Assembly: GCF_000400465.1 (NCBI RefSeq)
Contig: NW_008806274.1
Coordinates: forward strand, 630,244 to 662,243
Source of the DNA: Wallemia ichthyophaga EXF-994
Taxonomy: Eukaryota > Fungi > Basidiomycota
Length of the DNA: 32,000 bases
Direction of reading: 5' to 3'
In this document: one piece after another, positions 1 to 9,150 of the stretch
How positions within the stretch are numbered: position 1 is the first letter of the stretch
Layout of the letters: each line of letters starts with the position of its first letter
Position numbers and translations under genes: made by a program
Notes under the pieces: model-generated
What the model saw: the letters and a program-made list of their open reading frames with translations, nothing else
Told to the model about the DNA's origin: nothing
Database searches by the model: none

Positions 1-1806
1 AGGACTCAGTAAAAGCATACCTGGCTGGAAGCAGTCCTCAGGATTTTCCAACAAGGATCAAGAATGCACTTCTGCCCTATCTTTACGTTCTGGAGTCGCG
101 GAATGAAAGACAAACAGGAGTAACCGATACCGAACTCCACGAGAGATTGCTTATCAATATTATACTCGCCGTTGAAATGGATTCGGTTTTGAGCTTGATA
201 GAAGCTAGCAGACCTGATTTGAGTATTAGCGAGAGGGTGATTAAGGACGACAAACTACTGGTTGCAATATCTCTAACTCTGCTCTATACAACAACACGCA
301 CTGACATTATCGACACTATTCAAAGAGTCTTCGAATGTATGCCTGCTTGGGAAGGTGGTTTGAGTTGCAGGGTGAGAGATGTCACAGATTTCACGAATGA
401 AGGTCGTGCAGAGGTCGTACAAAGATTCAAGGCTCTCGATGTATCACAACTTGGCTCACTTCTCGATCATTTAGACATACACATTGAATCGATGGAGATC
501 TTGGCTAGATGGTCAATCAACGTAACCCTATCGAGAATCGAGTTGTGTGATTACGAACAACAACTGACATGGGCGAGGATGTTGACGCGTAGAAGCGTGG
601 GTACTTTAGGAGAAAATATCGAGAGTGGATCAGAATGGGAAGCGTTGCTAGATGACATGGTCAAGCTGTCGAACAGTGATGATGGCAGAGCGCTTGGGCT
701 GTTAGAGCGGGATATTGTCGTTAGGATTTTCTTTAGTGGTCTACTGAATTCTGCGAGTGGGTTTGCATCTTGATGGTACAAAATGTGTTTCTAACAGAAG
801 CATAGAATTTGAACTAGCCAGAGAGCTCCTGTCTTCTCCAGACTCATTGCTGTCATCTCTTGATAGAAATTTAGTGAACGAAATAGTGTTGGAAACATCC
901 CAAGAATTCTTCGATAATGCGACAGACGGAAATATCAATTACGGATACATGAGGCTATCTAAGGAAGTTTTAGAAGTAGGTGCTCAGAATGCACGTGATG
1001 TTAACTCTCGCAAAGAGTTTATACTTGCAACATCGAGACTCTGCTCATTCAACCTGGTAAACGTTCAAGGTGTTTACATAACACCGCTCGAAGTCAGACT
1101 GGAGGGTGATAAGTTGGTGTTTATTGACCAGTTGTTGAGTACACACAGGGATGCGTATCAGCATCCCGCCAGAATTATGGCGCTGGCTGAAGGTCTCGAC
1201 AGCAGTCTGAAAGACAACACCAAACGTCAAGTGGAGGTTTTAGGGAGGGTAATAGATGCTGCTATCAGATATGAAGACTATGAGCAAGCTTTTAGCGTTA
1301 CGCAGACTGACGATTACCAACAAAAGCTGACGTTCGGTGAAGACGAAGAAGACAGACGATGGGTGTCATTCTACAAACTGGGCGTGGAGATCAGATGGTC
1401 GTCAGTCTCTAACAGGCTGGATTGTTTGGCTCAAGCTATGCGGTTGTGTCCTCATCGGAGACTGCATGATGTTTTATCAAAGTGGAAAGAATTGGAAGAG
1501 AGCAAAGATAGGATAGTACCAATGGAGAAGAAGGAGGGAACGGTGAAAGATGCAAGTGGGGTACTCGCCTCGATTGTTCGCCCAACGACAATCGAAACAC
1601 AAACACGTCATTTGCTATCAGGTGGGTTGAGAAGATTGAAGAGTGTATCAGCAGGATCGCCGGGTGTTTCGTCGCAAGGGATGTCATCATCAAGCAATTC
1701 GCAGAGCCATTCTCAACCACAAGCCCATCCACACCAAACATTTGGTCTGGGGTTGGAGGAGAAGTTAACGCGCGGAGTGGGTTGGCTGATCGGGGCAGAA
1801 GAGTAG
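1..1806 (+). CDS. SEC39: Sec39-domain protein (Dsl1/NRZ tethering complex subunit), 5'-truncated by window edge; intron 757..805
   Basis: Frame 3 is open from the window start. Intron GTGGGT..CTAAC..TAG (49 nt) joins ORFs 147..773 and 757..1806 in frame (NSA-K-FELARELL). The motif SQEFFDNATDGN..G.M followed by ILATSRLCSF resembles the Sec39 domain (recognised from family knowledge). Confidence 0.75.
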
Positions 1807-1881
1807 GCGCAGCTTTGTAGAAAAGATAAAGAAATGTATTTTAAGATTGAAATCGATATCTAAGCGCCCGTTCCAACACCC

Positions 1882-2832
1882 ATGTCTGGACTTGTGCGAC
1901 AGCTACTCAGGAATAACAGGAGAAATATAAATTTACGAGAATTCCACTCGACTCGTCGGCGATGTAGCGGGTGGAGTGAAAGTAAGGAGAACAAGGATGT
2001 CATACCATCGACGAACCCACCGCAGCCACCACTCTCAACGACGCCGACGCTTGACTTTTTCAAGGACCTCGGCAAAGCAGACAGAGTGTATCATCCATTT
2101 GATACGTACAAGTTTGTGACTACGTTGCAAGCGTATGCATACTCGAGGCGTGTCTCTGAGATAATAATGGTAGCGACGAGGTGAGTGGACTGTGTATCGA
2201 ACACAAGCATTAGTAATCCACAGCACCGAACAGGACTCTGCTCATCCAACACGCCTTGATAGCCAGGAGCTCTCTAATGACGAGAGAAGATCTCGAGAAT
2301 GTGGGTGTGGATGATACGAAACTGGATAAACCGTCTCACAGCGCGTATTTAGTCAAGCTACCTCTTCCAGGCAGCGCTCACGGAGCTGCGTGTGGAGCTC
2401 AGCATCAGAGGCCGTGCAGACGCGAGTGCGTTGCGGAGCCTGACGACGGCGCTCACACGCGAGGTGGATGGTTTGGAGCAGAAGATGAAGGAGGACGTCG
2501 GCGGATTGAAGGATGACATCGAGCTCGATATGAACAACCGCAAGGACGAGACACAGTCGGATGGAAAGGCGTTCGAAATAAATGTACAGTCGCTCAACAA
2601 CAGAATCACAGTGGCCACGGGTGAGTTGAGGACTGAGGTTGAGAGGGATAAATGGGATACGACAATTCGTGTTGTCGGTGTTATTTTCTTCGAGGCTGTC
2701 TGCATCGTCGCCGCTGTGTTGCTATCGGATCCGGAAGATGTCCAGAAAAAGAAGCACAAGACTCGACTGCCTACAGCAGAGGAATTGGGGATCAGGGAGA
2801 CTGAAGATGAAGTTCAACAGCGTGTGATATGA
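1882..2832 (+). CDS. Mitochondrial DUF1640/CCDC90 (Fmp32/Put6/Put7/MCUR1-like) coiled-coil membrane protein; introns about 2181..2233 and 2301..2352
   Basis: N-terminal presequence-like R/S-rich peptide, PFDTYKFVTTLQ motif, spliced DLEN-SSYLFQAALTELR, coiled coil, DLKDDIELDMNNRK and a C-terminal TM helix (VVGVIFFEAVCIVAAVLL). Confidence 0.8.
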
Positions 2833-2860
2833 TGATTACATTTCATTTTTACAGTGTGTT

Positions 2861-3452
2861 TCATGTGTTATCGGTGCGCTTTATATTCCCGCCATTGCCC
2901 TTGCTTCTGCCTCGGGCTCTGCCGCGCCCACGTCCTCGCCCGCTACTTTCCTGGGTCTGAATTGGCTCAGCAGACGCGTACTTGGATGTCTTTGAACCAA
3001 TTCGGAGACTAGAAAGCTTGGATGTTAGCTCATCGTCGTCTGAGTGAGTGGTTGTGGGTGATTTCTGTGCTGCGTGACTACGCCTCTCAGTCTCATCACC
3101 AGCACTCAAACTCTTATCACCATCGCCACTGTCACTGCTATTCTTCTTGGGTGTGGGTGTCGCACTCCCCGATGCAGCTCTCAGCCGGCTCTGAGGCGGT
3201 CGATATCTCTCGACATCCTCGACTGGTCTAAACCCCGGCCTAATTTTGATCTGTTTCCTGACGCTGTTTTGAGTGCCACGATTAGCTGTGGGTCGTCGTC
3301 GTGGAAATATTCGCCCACCTTCCATCACTGCGTACACTCACCGGTATTTCCCTGCCGCCATCCTCACTATCGACAATACCAGCAACGGTGCTTGCGGGGC
3401 TTTTCTGGGGTGAGCTGGGTGAGCTAGGTGTGAGTGTGTTGGGTGAAGTCAT
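2861..3452 (-). CDS. PYM1: PYM/WIBG (partner of Y14 and Mago; EJC disassembly factor); intron 3264..3318
   Basis: Spliced model reads MTSPNTLTP..STVAGIVDSEDGGREIPVSVRSDGS|VRKQIKIRPGFRPVEDVERYRP, matching the Mago-binding domain. Intron GTGGGC..CTAAT..CAG is 55 nt. Confidence 0.85.
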
Positions 3453-3518
3453 TCAACTGAATTGTTGGAATTGGATGTAATACACGACGCGAACACAATA
3501 CAAATCGCAACACAAACA

Positions 3519-4719
3519 TCATTCTTCTTTCTTCCCGATTTGTTCCAGTAGCACTTGTTCGTTGAGCGTGTTTTGATGCTCGCCAACTGCCGTATGACTT
3601 TGTTAGATGGCGCTCAAAGGGTACAAAATTCTCACTCACAGAAAAGCCGCTCAAGATTCCTGTACCAGCCCAGATGCCATATTCTGTCATCCACTTTGAG
3701 CACCTGCTGGCCAACTCTGAGATATTCTACCGGCTCGAGATATTTGAGTGTGTTTTGTAGATGAGGATCCGAGGGGTTTTTGTGAGCCTGCTGCGTGAGC
3801 TAAAAGGGGTTGTAAGTGAGTATTGAATACGCTTTTCACGCTAATTCATACACACCCTCTCAAACGACCTTCGCCGCTCAATGTCGACACTCGAGTGCGA
3901 AACCAAGACACCGCGCATGACGGTGCAGAACAGGGCGGCAGCGACACCGCTAACGACGGTAGCCGCGAGAGCGGTGAGTGCCACGTCGAGTCTAATGTCG
4001 CGTACGGTGTGTGCAGTGTGTGCAGCGGTGCTAAACCGCCAGTATCCCAGCGCATAGCGAATGGCCCGCGCACCCACGGGGCCAGGAAAGTAAGCAGCGG
4101 GAGTATCCCAGAAAACAGAACGGACCCATGCATCGTGTCTACTGAGCTCGCGCACTTGGCGGAAATTGGTCAGCAGACTGGGGAGGATCGGTGCAGCACC
4201 AACCACACTCACGACGGGCATCAGCGCGCACGTGATGAGAAAGGAGGGCAGAGTGTCGCGCGCGATACACGCATCGAACCAGACACAATGGTGGTCGAAC
4301 TGTGCGCGGTCGCGGCGGCATACGGAGCAGTGGCGCGTGCGCGGCGCCTTCACGCGTCCTCCGCACGCATCGCGGTGGCAGCGCCGCGCCTGTCCGTCGG
4401 CCAGACAGGGCGTGTAGCGAGAGTTGTAGACGGCGCAAGTGGGAGTGGGAGTGTCGCTCGAGTGGCCCGCACGCTTCAGCACCGTCGCGTAGTAGTGCCA
4501 CAGGAGCGCGGCATAGAGGAGGTGGAACGCGCCGCCGTATACACATCGCTTGAGGTTTTGCAGTGTGGGTAGTATCTCGAGCATACAGATTCGGTATCCC
4601 TTTCTAACATGTCGGGCTAGTTAGATATACAGCACATGATGCACACAGTTACACACTCACACAGCCAACAGCGTCAGCAAGCACACCGAGCACTTGCCGA
4701 GTAGCCACGCACTTGGCAT
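3519..4719 (-). CDS. DHHC-family protein S-palmitoyltransferase, 4 exons (introns 4604..4660, about 3801..3855, about 3587..3638)
   Basis: PRTRHCSVCRRDRAQFDHHCVWFDACI is a DHHC cysteine-rich domain with flanking TM helices. In-frame splicing gives MPSAWLLGKCSVCLLTLLAVKGYRICML.. and a C-terminus ..HLGWYRNLERLFFGEHQ..GKKEE*. Without the last intron the stop is at 3632. Confidence 0.85.
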
Positions 4720-4751
4720 TGAAGCTGTTGAACGGTGACGTCGACGGCGCG

Positions 4752-5144
4752 ATGAGTGCTAATAACACGACCATTGGCAGAGAGAAATTCGACATGGATC
4801 ACTTGCGCCCAGTCATGCGCAGAGTATTGAATGCGTCACTCACCAACGCCAAATACCAAGACTTGGACAGCGACGCAACGGCAGCGATAGCGCATAAGAT
4901 CAAGCAGCACATGCTGGAGCAGTCTGGCCAAGGTTTCAAATACATAGTCTTTGTAAACGCCTCCAAAAATAATAATCAGGGTCTCAGAGCGGATGCGAGC
5001 ATGCATTGGGAGATGGATGCTGACGCCTTTGTACAAGATGTTTATCAGTCTGTGAGTTGTGGAGTTGAAATATTGAAAATGGCTGAGTGCGTCTTGCAGG
5101 AACATATCATTTGTATCTGCGTAGCATATGCGATTAGAATATGA
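4752..5144 (+). CDS. Dynein light chain Tctex-1 family; intron 5052..5099
   Basis: IAHKIKQHML..GFKYIVFV..NNNQGLRADASMHWEMDADAFVQDVYQS|EHIICICVAYAI is the Tctex-1 signature. The 48-nt GTGAGT..CAG intron is in frame. The start at ATG 4752 is inferred. Confidence 0.85.
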   Translation: MSANNTTIGREKFDMDHLRPVMRRVLNASLTNAKYQDLDSDATAAIAHKIKQHMLEQSGQGFKYIVFVNASKNNNQGLRADASMHWEMDADAFVQDVYQSVSCGVEILKMAECVLQEHIICICVAYAIRI

Positions 5145-5210
5145 TGTTGATGTTTATTTGAGATATGAGATTTGATACGAGATATTACCATGATATTTCT
5201 TACGTCTGTG

Positions 5211-6245
5211 TTATTGTGTTTGGTCGCCCATCTCAGCCTCGCGCAACACGCCGTCCAACTTGGGATCGTTAGGCCACCACTCTGGGATACGAGCTTGGAC
5301 ATGCCAGTGAGGGTCGTTGCCGCTGTCGCCCCTAATGAACAGGCCATCTGGGGCACGCACGAGCATTTCCAATCTGAGGAGGGCGATACCGCTGATACTT
5401 CCATCGGGGTTGGGCAAGGTTCCGCAGAGTTTGCCCACCTGTTTCGGTGTTTTGAGGGATGGCAGTTGAGCGTAAATGTTAGTCATAGGTGGAGGTGTGG
5501 GAGTGTCTCCTTCATTCTGCCTCCGTTGCAGCGTGATTGGGAGAATGCGCTTTCTCACTACTCCCGTGTGCTGGGTGCGTATAGTAAGCTCCTGCCCCAC
5601 GTAGCAGCCTTTGCGGAAGTTGACGCCGTTCATGTAGTCGATGTTGGACTCGAGCGGCAGGCTCTTTTCTGGCCATAGATCGTCTATGCCCTCGGGCACA
5701 CCTAGGGAGTATCTCCTGCGGGAGTATTCGGGGTGTGTGGAGTGTGCAGAGTGTTCATCGCGTGCATCGCGTGCATCGCGTGACTCAGCAAGAATCCTTC
5801 GTCCCATTCCTGGCGCGCGAGGATCGATCATGGAAGCGATTGAAGCGATTTGGTGGTGCTCCTGCTCCTGTTCCTGCTCCTGTTCACCCACACCACCTTC
5901 ATCCTTCCAATACACACCAACACCCTCTACGCCTTCCACCTTCACTTTGGAGCGCAGCTTGTATTTGTTGCACAGCGCCACGACGCCCGCACTGACTCGG
6001 CTATCGACATCGAGATAAAAACAATCCGCGCTAGTCGGGTAGATGAAGGTATCGTAGAGCATGCGGCCTGGCGGGCTGAGGATGGCAGCGTATCGCCCGC
6101 CGTCTTGCGGAGTAGGGATGGTTTGTGTACACAGTCCGTTGAGGAATTTGGCACTATCTCTACCATGCACGCTAATAACTGAGCGTGAGTGTAGCTGTAG
6201 CTGTAGCGACTTGAATAATTGCTGTGCGATTTGCGTTGCTTTCAT
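5211..6245 (-). CDS. IBA57: Iba57/Caf17 mitochondrial [4Fe-4S] assembly factor (aminomethyltransferase-like)
   Basis: RSVISVHGRDSAKFLNGL, RRYSLGVPEG, LPLESNIDYMNGVNFRKGCYVGQELT (KGCYxGQE motif). Confidence 0.93.
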   Translation of the reverse strand: MKATQIAQQLFKSLQLQLHSRSVISVHGRDSAKFLNGLCTQTIPTPQDGGRYAAILSPPGRMLYDTFIYPTSADCFYLDVDSRVSAGVVALCNKYKLRSKVKVEGVEGVGVYWKDEGGVGEQEQEQEQEHHQIASIASMIDPRAPGMGRRILAESRDARDARDEHSAHSTHPEYSRRRYSLGVPEGIDDLWPEKSLPLESNIDYMNGVNFRKGCYVGQELTIRTQHTGVVRKRILPITLQRRQNEGDTPTPPPMTNIYAQLPSLKTPKQVGKLCGTLPNPDGSISGIALLRLEMLVRAPDGLFIRGDSGNDPHWHVQARIPEWWPNDPKLDGVLREAEMGDQTQ

Positions 6246-6315
6246 ATTCCTGTGATTCTGTGCTCGCGTCGTCCTTGACTGTCGGCGACTACGAACTACA
6301 AATCAAGATCAATCC

Positions 6316-6576
6316 ATGGGCGCTTGTGGCAAACTCCGCTCTCAACTCGCAGAATGCCTTAGCAAGTCGGAGTGTCTGCAGAGCGGGAAATCGGCTCAGG
6401 AATGCCTCCGAGAAGACCAAGTGCCGCGCGAATGCCAGCAGCTGCGATTGGCGTTTATGGAATGCAAGCGTGATTTGGTGTGTATGATTTGCAGTGCAGT
6501 TACATAAATAGGCTTATACGTCGTTTAGCTCGATGCCAGGAAGCGGTTTAGAGGTGTTTCTGGGGGTGGCAATTAG
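6316..6576 (+). CDS. PET191: Pet191/COA5 twin-CX9C cytochrome c oxidase assembly factor; intron 6478..6528
   Basis: CGKLRSQLAECLSKSECL..AQECL..VPRECQQLRLAFMECKRDL|LDARKRFRG matches the family C-terminal xxRKRFRG. The intron is 51 nt (GTGTGT..TAG). Confidence 0.88.
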
Positions 6577-6604
6577 ACGGCTAGACGGCTAACCGGCTAA
6601 AAAA

Positions 6605-7551
6605 CTAAAACTCCTCGCCAAAATCACCCTCATCAAGATCCTATTTGTATTATTAGTATTGAGGATTATTTGTAAACAGAACAACGCACGGCTGGCTCAT
6701 TGGGCTCCTCATCCTCACCGAATTGGATCGAGTTGTCGATGTGCGAGAGGAGATTGTCAATGCTATCCTCATCTGTGACATCGAGTGGAATGAATTGGAT
6801 CAAGTTGTGGTCTTCTATCAGACCGACTATAGCCTGGTTGAGGGAATGAAATTTTGGGTTAGTGTCTCGGTTGATTTCATCGAGAATGAGTGTAGGATCT
6901 GGGTCAAGATATCTCTCGAGATCCTTCTTCTTCCTGCCAGTGCTGATGACGCTCTCGGGTTCATTTCCCACCAAATCCATCTTAGTCATGACGTTTATAT
7001 GCGGTACTTCTAAGTTGATCATTGCTGAAGTAGCGCTGAGGACCCCAGCGAAGAACTTGGAGCGATCATCCATGAACTGAGCCTCGAGGAGGTATGTCGC
7101 AGCCACCTTAACGTCGAGTTTGTGGAGGCTGTCGACCAGCATCTGCATGAGGGGAAAGTGGGTGTAGAGTTCAATCTGACCTGGGCAGTCAATAACCAAG
7201 TAATCATCCTCGTAAGTTCCTATTTGCTCTTCTAACCAGTCCAGATTCTGCATTAGATATTCAAAGCAGTAGATCAGAGCGCCATTCGGACCAAGGCTAA
7301 GCTCATCCATAACATCCTCCAGACTAATCAAATCGCGGATATCAATCTCAGGCTGCACATCGAAATTCTCAGCTGCAGGATCGAGATTGAATAGGTGCAT
7401 TTTGCGATGGGTAGCATGGGCATGCTGGATTAGAGCTGAACTGAACGTCGATTTGCCCGCTCCCGCAGGACCAGAGACGAGTAGAGCGTATTTGCCCCTG
7501 TGTTGTATGAATTAGATATGTGGATGTTGATAACGCGTGTAGAAATTACAT
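6605..7551 (-). CDS. GPN3: GPN-loop GTPase 3; introns 7498..7549 (inside the start codon) and 6641..6689
   Basis: MGKYALLVSGPAGAGKST (P-loop), NLDPAAE, LGPNGAL (GPN loop), DCPGQIELYTH. The last exon reads DLDEGDFGEEF*. Confidence 0.92.
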
Positions 7552-7642
7552 TACGTAGTTGTTTGAGTGGAAGAAGGTTGTTGATCGAGAACGACGACGA
7601 CGACGACCAAGACAACAACGACAAGAACAAGAATACAATATC

Positions 7643-8044
7643 ATGCAAACACCTGGAGTAACAATCGATGGTAGCGATACAGTGGCCCAACCAGAATCAC
7701 TACTCAATCCAGCCACTTTCACACCACCTAATCACAACTACCCAAATATACGCATAGAGTATTGCGATAGGTGTAGATGGTCTCCTCGTGCTCAATGGCT
7801 TATGACTGAATTGCTCCTGACTTTCCCTCCACCGGCCATCGAAGCCATCACACTCATCCCGCGCAACGACGAATCTTCTGCGGGGAGATTCAGAGTGTGG
7901 CTCTATGACGCGTCCTCTAGCCCACCAAAGCTTCTATGGGACAGGAAAGTCGAAGGCGCTTTCCCCGAAGCTAAACAGCTCAAACAAAGAGTTAGGGATA
8001 GCATCGCGCCAGGTATGTCGTTAGGGCACAGCGATAAGAAGTAG
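7643..8044 (+). CDS. SelT/SelW/SelH (Rdx) family thioredoxin-fold protein, Cys-type CxxC
   Basis: IRIEYCDRCRWSPRAQWLMTELLLTF..GRFRVWL..LWDRKVEGAFPEAKQLKQRVRD. There is no in-frame TGA, so this is not a selenoprotein. Confidence 0.88.
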   Translation: MQTPGVTIDGSDTVAQPESLLNPATFTPPNHNYPNIRIEYCDRCRWSPRAQWLMTELLLTFPPPAIEAITLIPRNDESSAGRFRVWLYDASSSPPKLLWDRKVEGAFPEAKQLKQRVRDSIAPGMSLGHSDKK

Positions 8045-8106
8045 CTTTCTTTCCCAACAAACTCCATCGATAAGAAAGGAAAGTGAAAATATTCATTACA
8101 CTGTCT

Positions 8107-8468
8107 CTACCACGAAGCTTTATGTACACCTTCCAATTCATCTCTCAACGCCTGTAATCTGAATTGGAAACGCGTAAGTCCCTGCTGCAAACCCGCGCCT
8201 CTACCTGTGACTTTGCACCTGTTACGAATCATGGTTGGCCTTGAAGCAGATTCAAATGAGTTTAGAGTGAGTTGTGCTTGGTGGCGTACTTGAGAGGGTA
8301 AGGTGGTATTCCTAGCGACGTAGAGGAAAGACCTTCTGTGGTAGATGTTAGTCGTGCTATCGCTGCAGCTACAGCCACACAAGCCACATACCTCTGTACC
8401 TCCCGCTTAGCTACCATCTCACGTCTATGTATATCCCTAAGCACTCTACTTGAAGGTCCTGTTGGCAT
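8107..8468 (-). CDS. MRP2: Mitochondrial ribosomal protein uS14m; intron 8336..8391
   Basis: RVLRDIHRREMVAKREVQR|RRSFLYVARN..RPTMIRNRCKVTGRG..LTRFQFRLQALRDELEGVHKASW. Confidence 0.92.
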
Positions 8469-8536
8469 TTTTCAAGGTGGATTGGTCGTCGTTATCCAAC
8501 CTTCTTTTTCCACTGCCACCACTACCCCACACGCTT

Positions 8537-8803
8537 ATGAAAAATTACCTTCCTACTCCCCGCTCAGCAGCTACATCGGCGATATTCTGCCTCACTTTCT
8601 CAGCCGCTTTGATTTCGACGCTGGTGAGCGGGAGTAGTGGGAGTAGTCCACGCACTTCTATACCCCCTTGCCCTGGCCAGAAAGCACGCAAAAGAGAATT
8701 TGATGAGCTCGACAAACCTCCTCGATTCAGCCTCTACGATCATTTGAAGACGTTTACAGGTTTTGGATCAAGTAGGAAACATGATTTTATACGAGAAGTC
8801 TAG
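8537..8803 (+). CDS. Small Coa2-like mitochondrial protein (tentative)
   Basis: 88-aa ORF MKNYLPTPRSAATSAIFCLTFSAALISTLV..IPPCPG. The hydrophobic segment followed by PCP resembles the LPCPA motif I recall from yeast Coa2. It may contain an in-frame 57-nt intron (GTGAGC..CCAG). Confidence 0.45.
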   Translation: MKNYLPTPRSAATSAIFCLTFSAALISTLVSGSSGSSPRTSIPPCPGQKARKREFDELDKPPRFSLYDHLKTFTGFGSSRKHDFIREV

Positions 8804-9150
8804 AGGAGGGGTTTAGAGAGGCGTGGGGTGATCAAATAGCTTTAATAAGACTCAATGTGTTTGAAATGGACATGGAAATGATGGAGAAGACCAATTTTCA
8901 CTGGTTTATACTAGTCGTTTAGCTCAGTGAAGCGTGGAAAATGGCAGTGATTAGATTTGAAATACTCGCAAGATCCAACGGAATACTCAAAGCAATATTC
9001 AACGTAGTATTCAAGTTGGGTTTGAAATAGAAGACATGGTAAACAAAACAATCTTGTATTTGCCTTATAATAGAATGTTAGAAGTAATTTAGCTTATGTA
9101 TATTCATATAAAGGGATATTGATATGCTTATCCACCCTTTAATCCCCTCA

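Noticed and set aside
3424-3714. ORF suggesting that DHHC overlaps the PYM start
   Set aside because: The phase-consistent spliced DHHC model stops at 3519 (or 3632 unspliced), leaving 66 bp before PYM.
3823-4572. 249-aa plus-strand ORF as an independent gene
   Set aside because: It is fully antisense to the DHHC exon, starts with TTG, has no recognisable motif and is explained by high GC.
5172-5678. 168-aa plus-strand ORF with a signal-peptide-like start
   Set aside because: It is antisense to the conserved IBA57 C-terminal half, starts with TTG and shows no family features.
6575-6598. 8-bp tandem unit AGACGGCT x2 plus AACCGGCT between the PET191 and GPN3 stops
   Set aside because: Only three degenerate units with no spacers. 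This is not CRISPR or a transposon footprint and is probably slippage.
7643-8107. Selenocysteine recoding in the SelW-like gene
   Set aside because: The redox motif is CDRC with no in-frame TGA, and there is no room for or sign of a SECIS element.
8772-8920. Possible 32-nt intron extending the COA2-like ORF by about 40 aa
   Set aside because: It is shorter than every other intron here (41-68 nt), has a weak donor (GTAGGA) and no clear branch point.
8870-8935. Possible C/D snoRNA (ATGATGG box C-like)
   Set aside because: Imperfect box C, no CTGA box D at a suitable distance and no terminal stem.
8910-8990. tRNA-like TAGCTCAGTG in the largest intergenic gap upstream of HEM12
   Set aside because: The D-stem does not close (GCTC has no GAGC partner), there is no proper TTCRA T-loop and no acceptor stem pairing.
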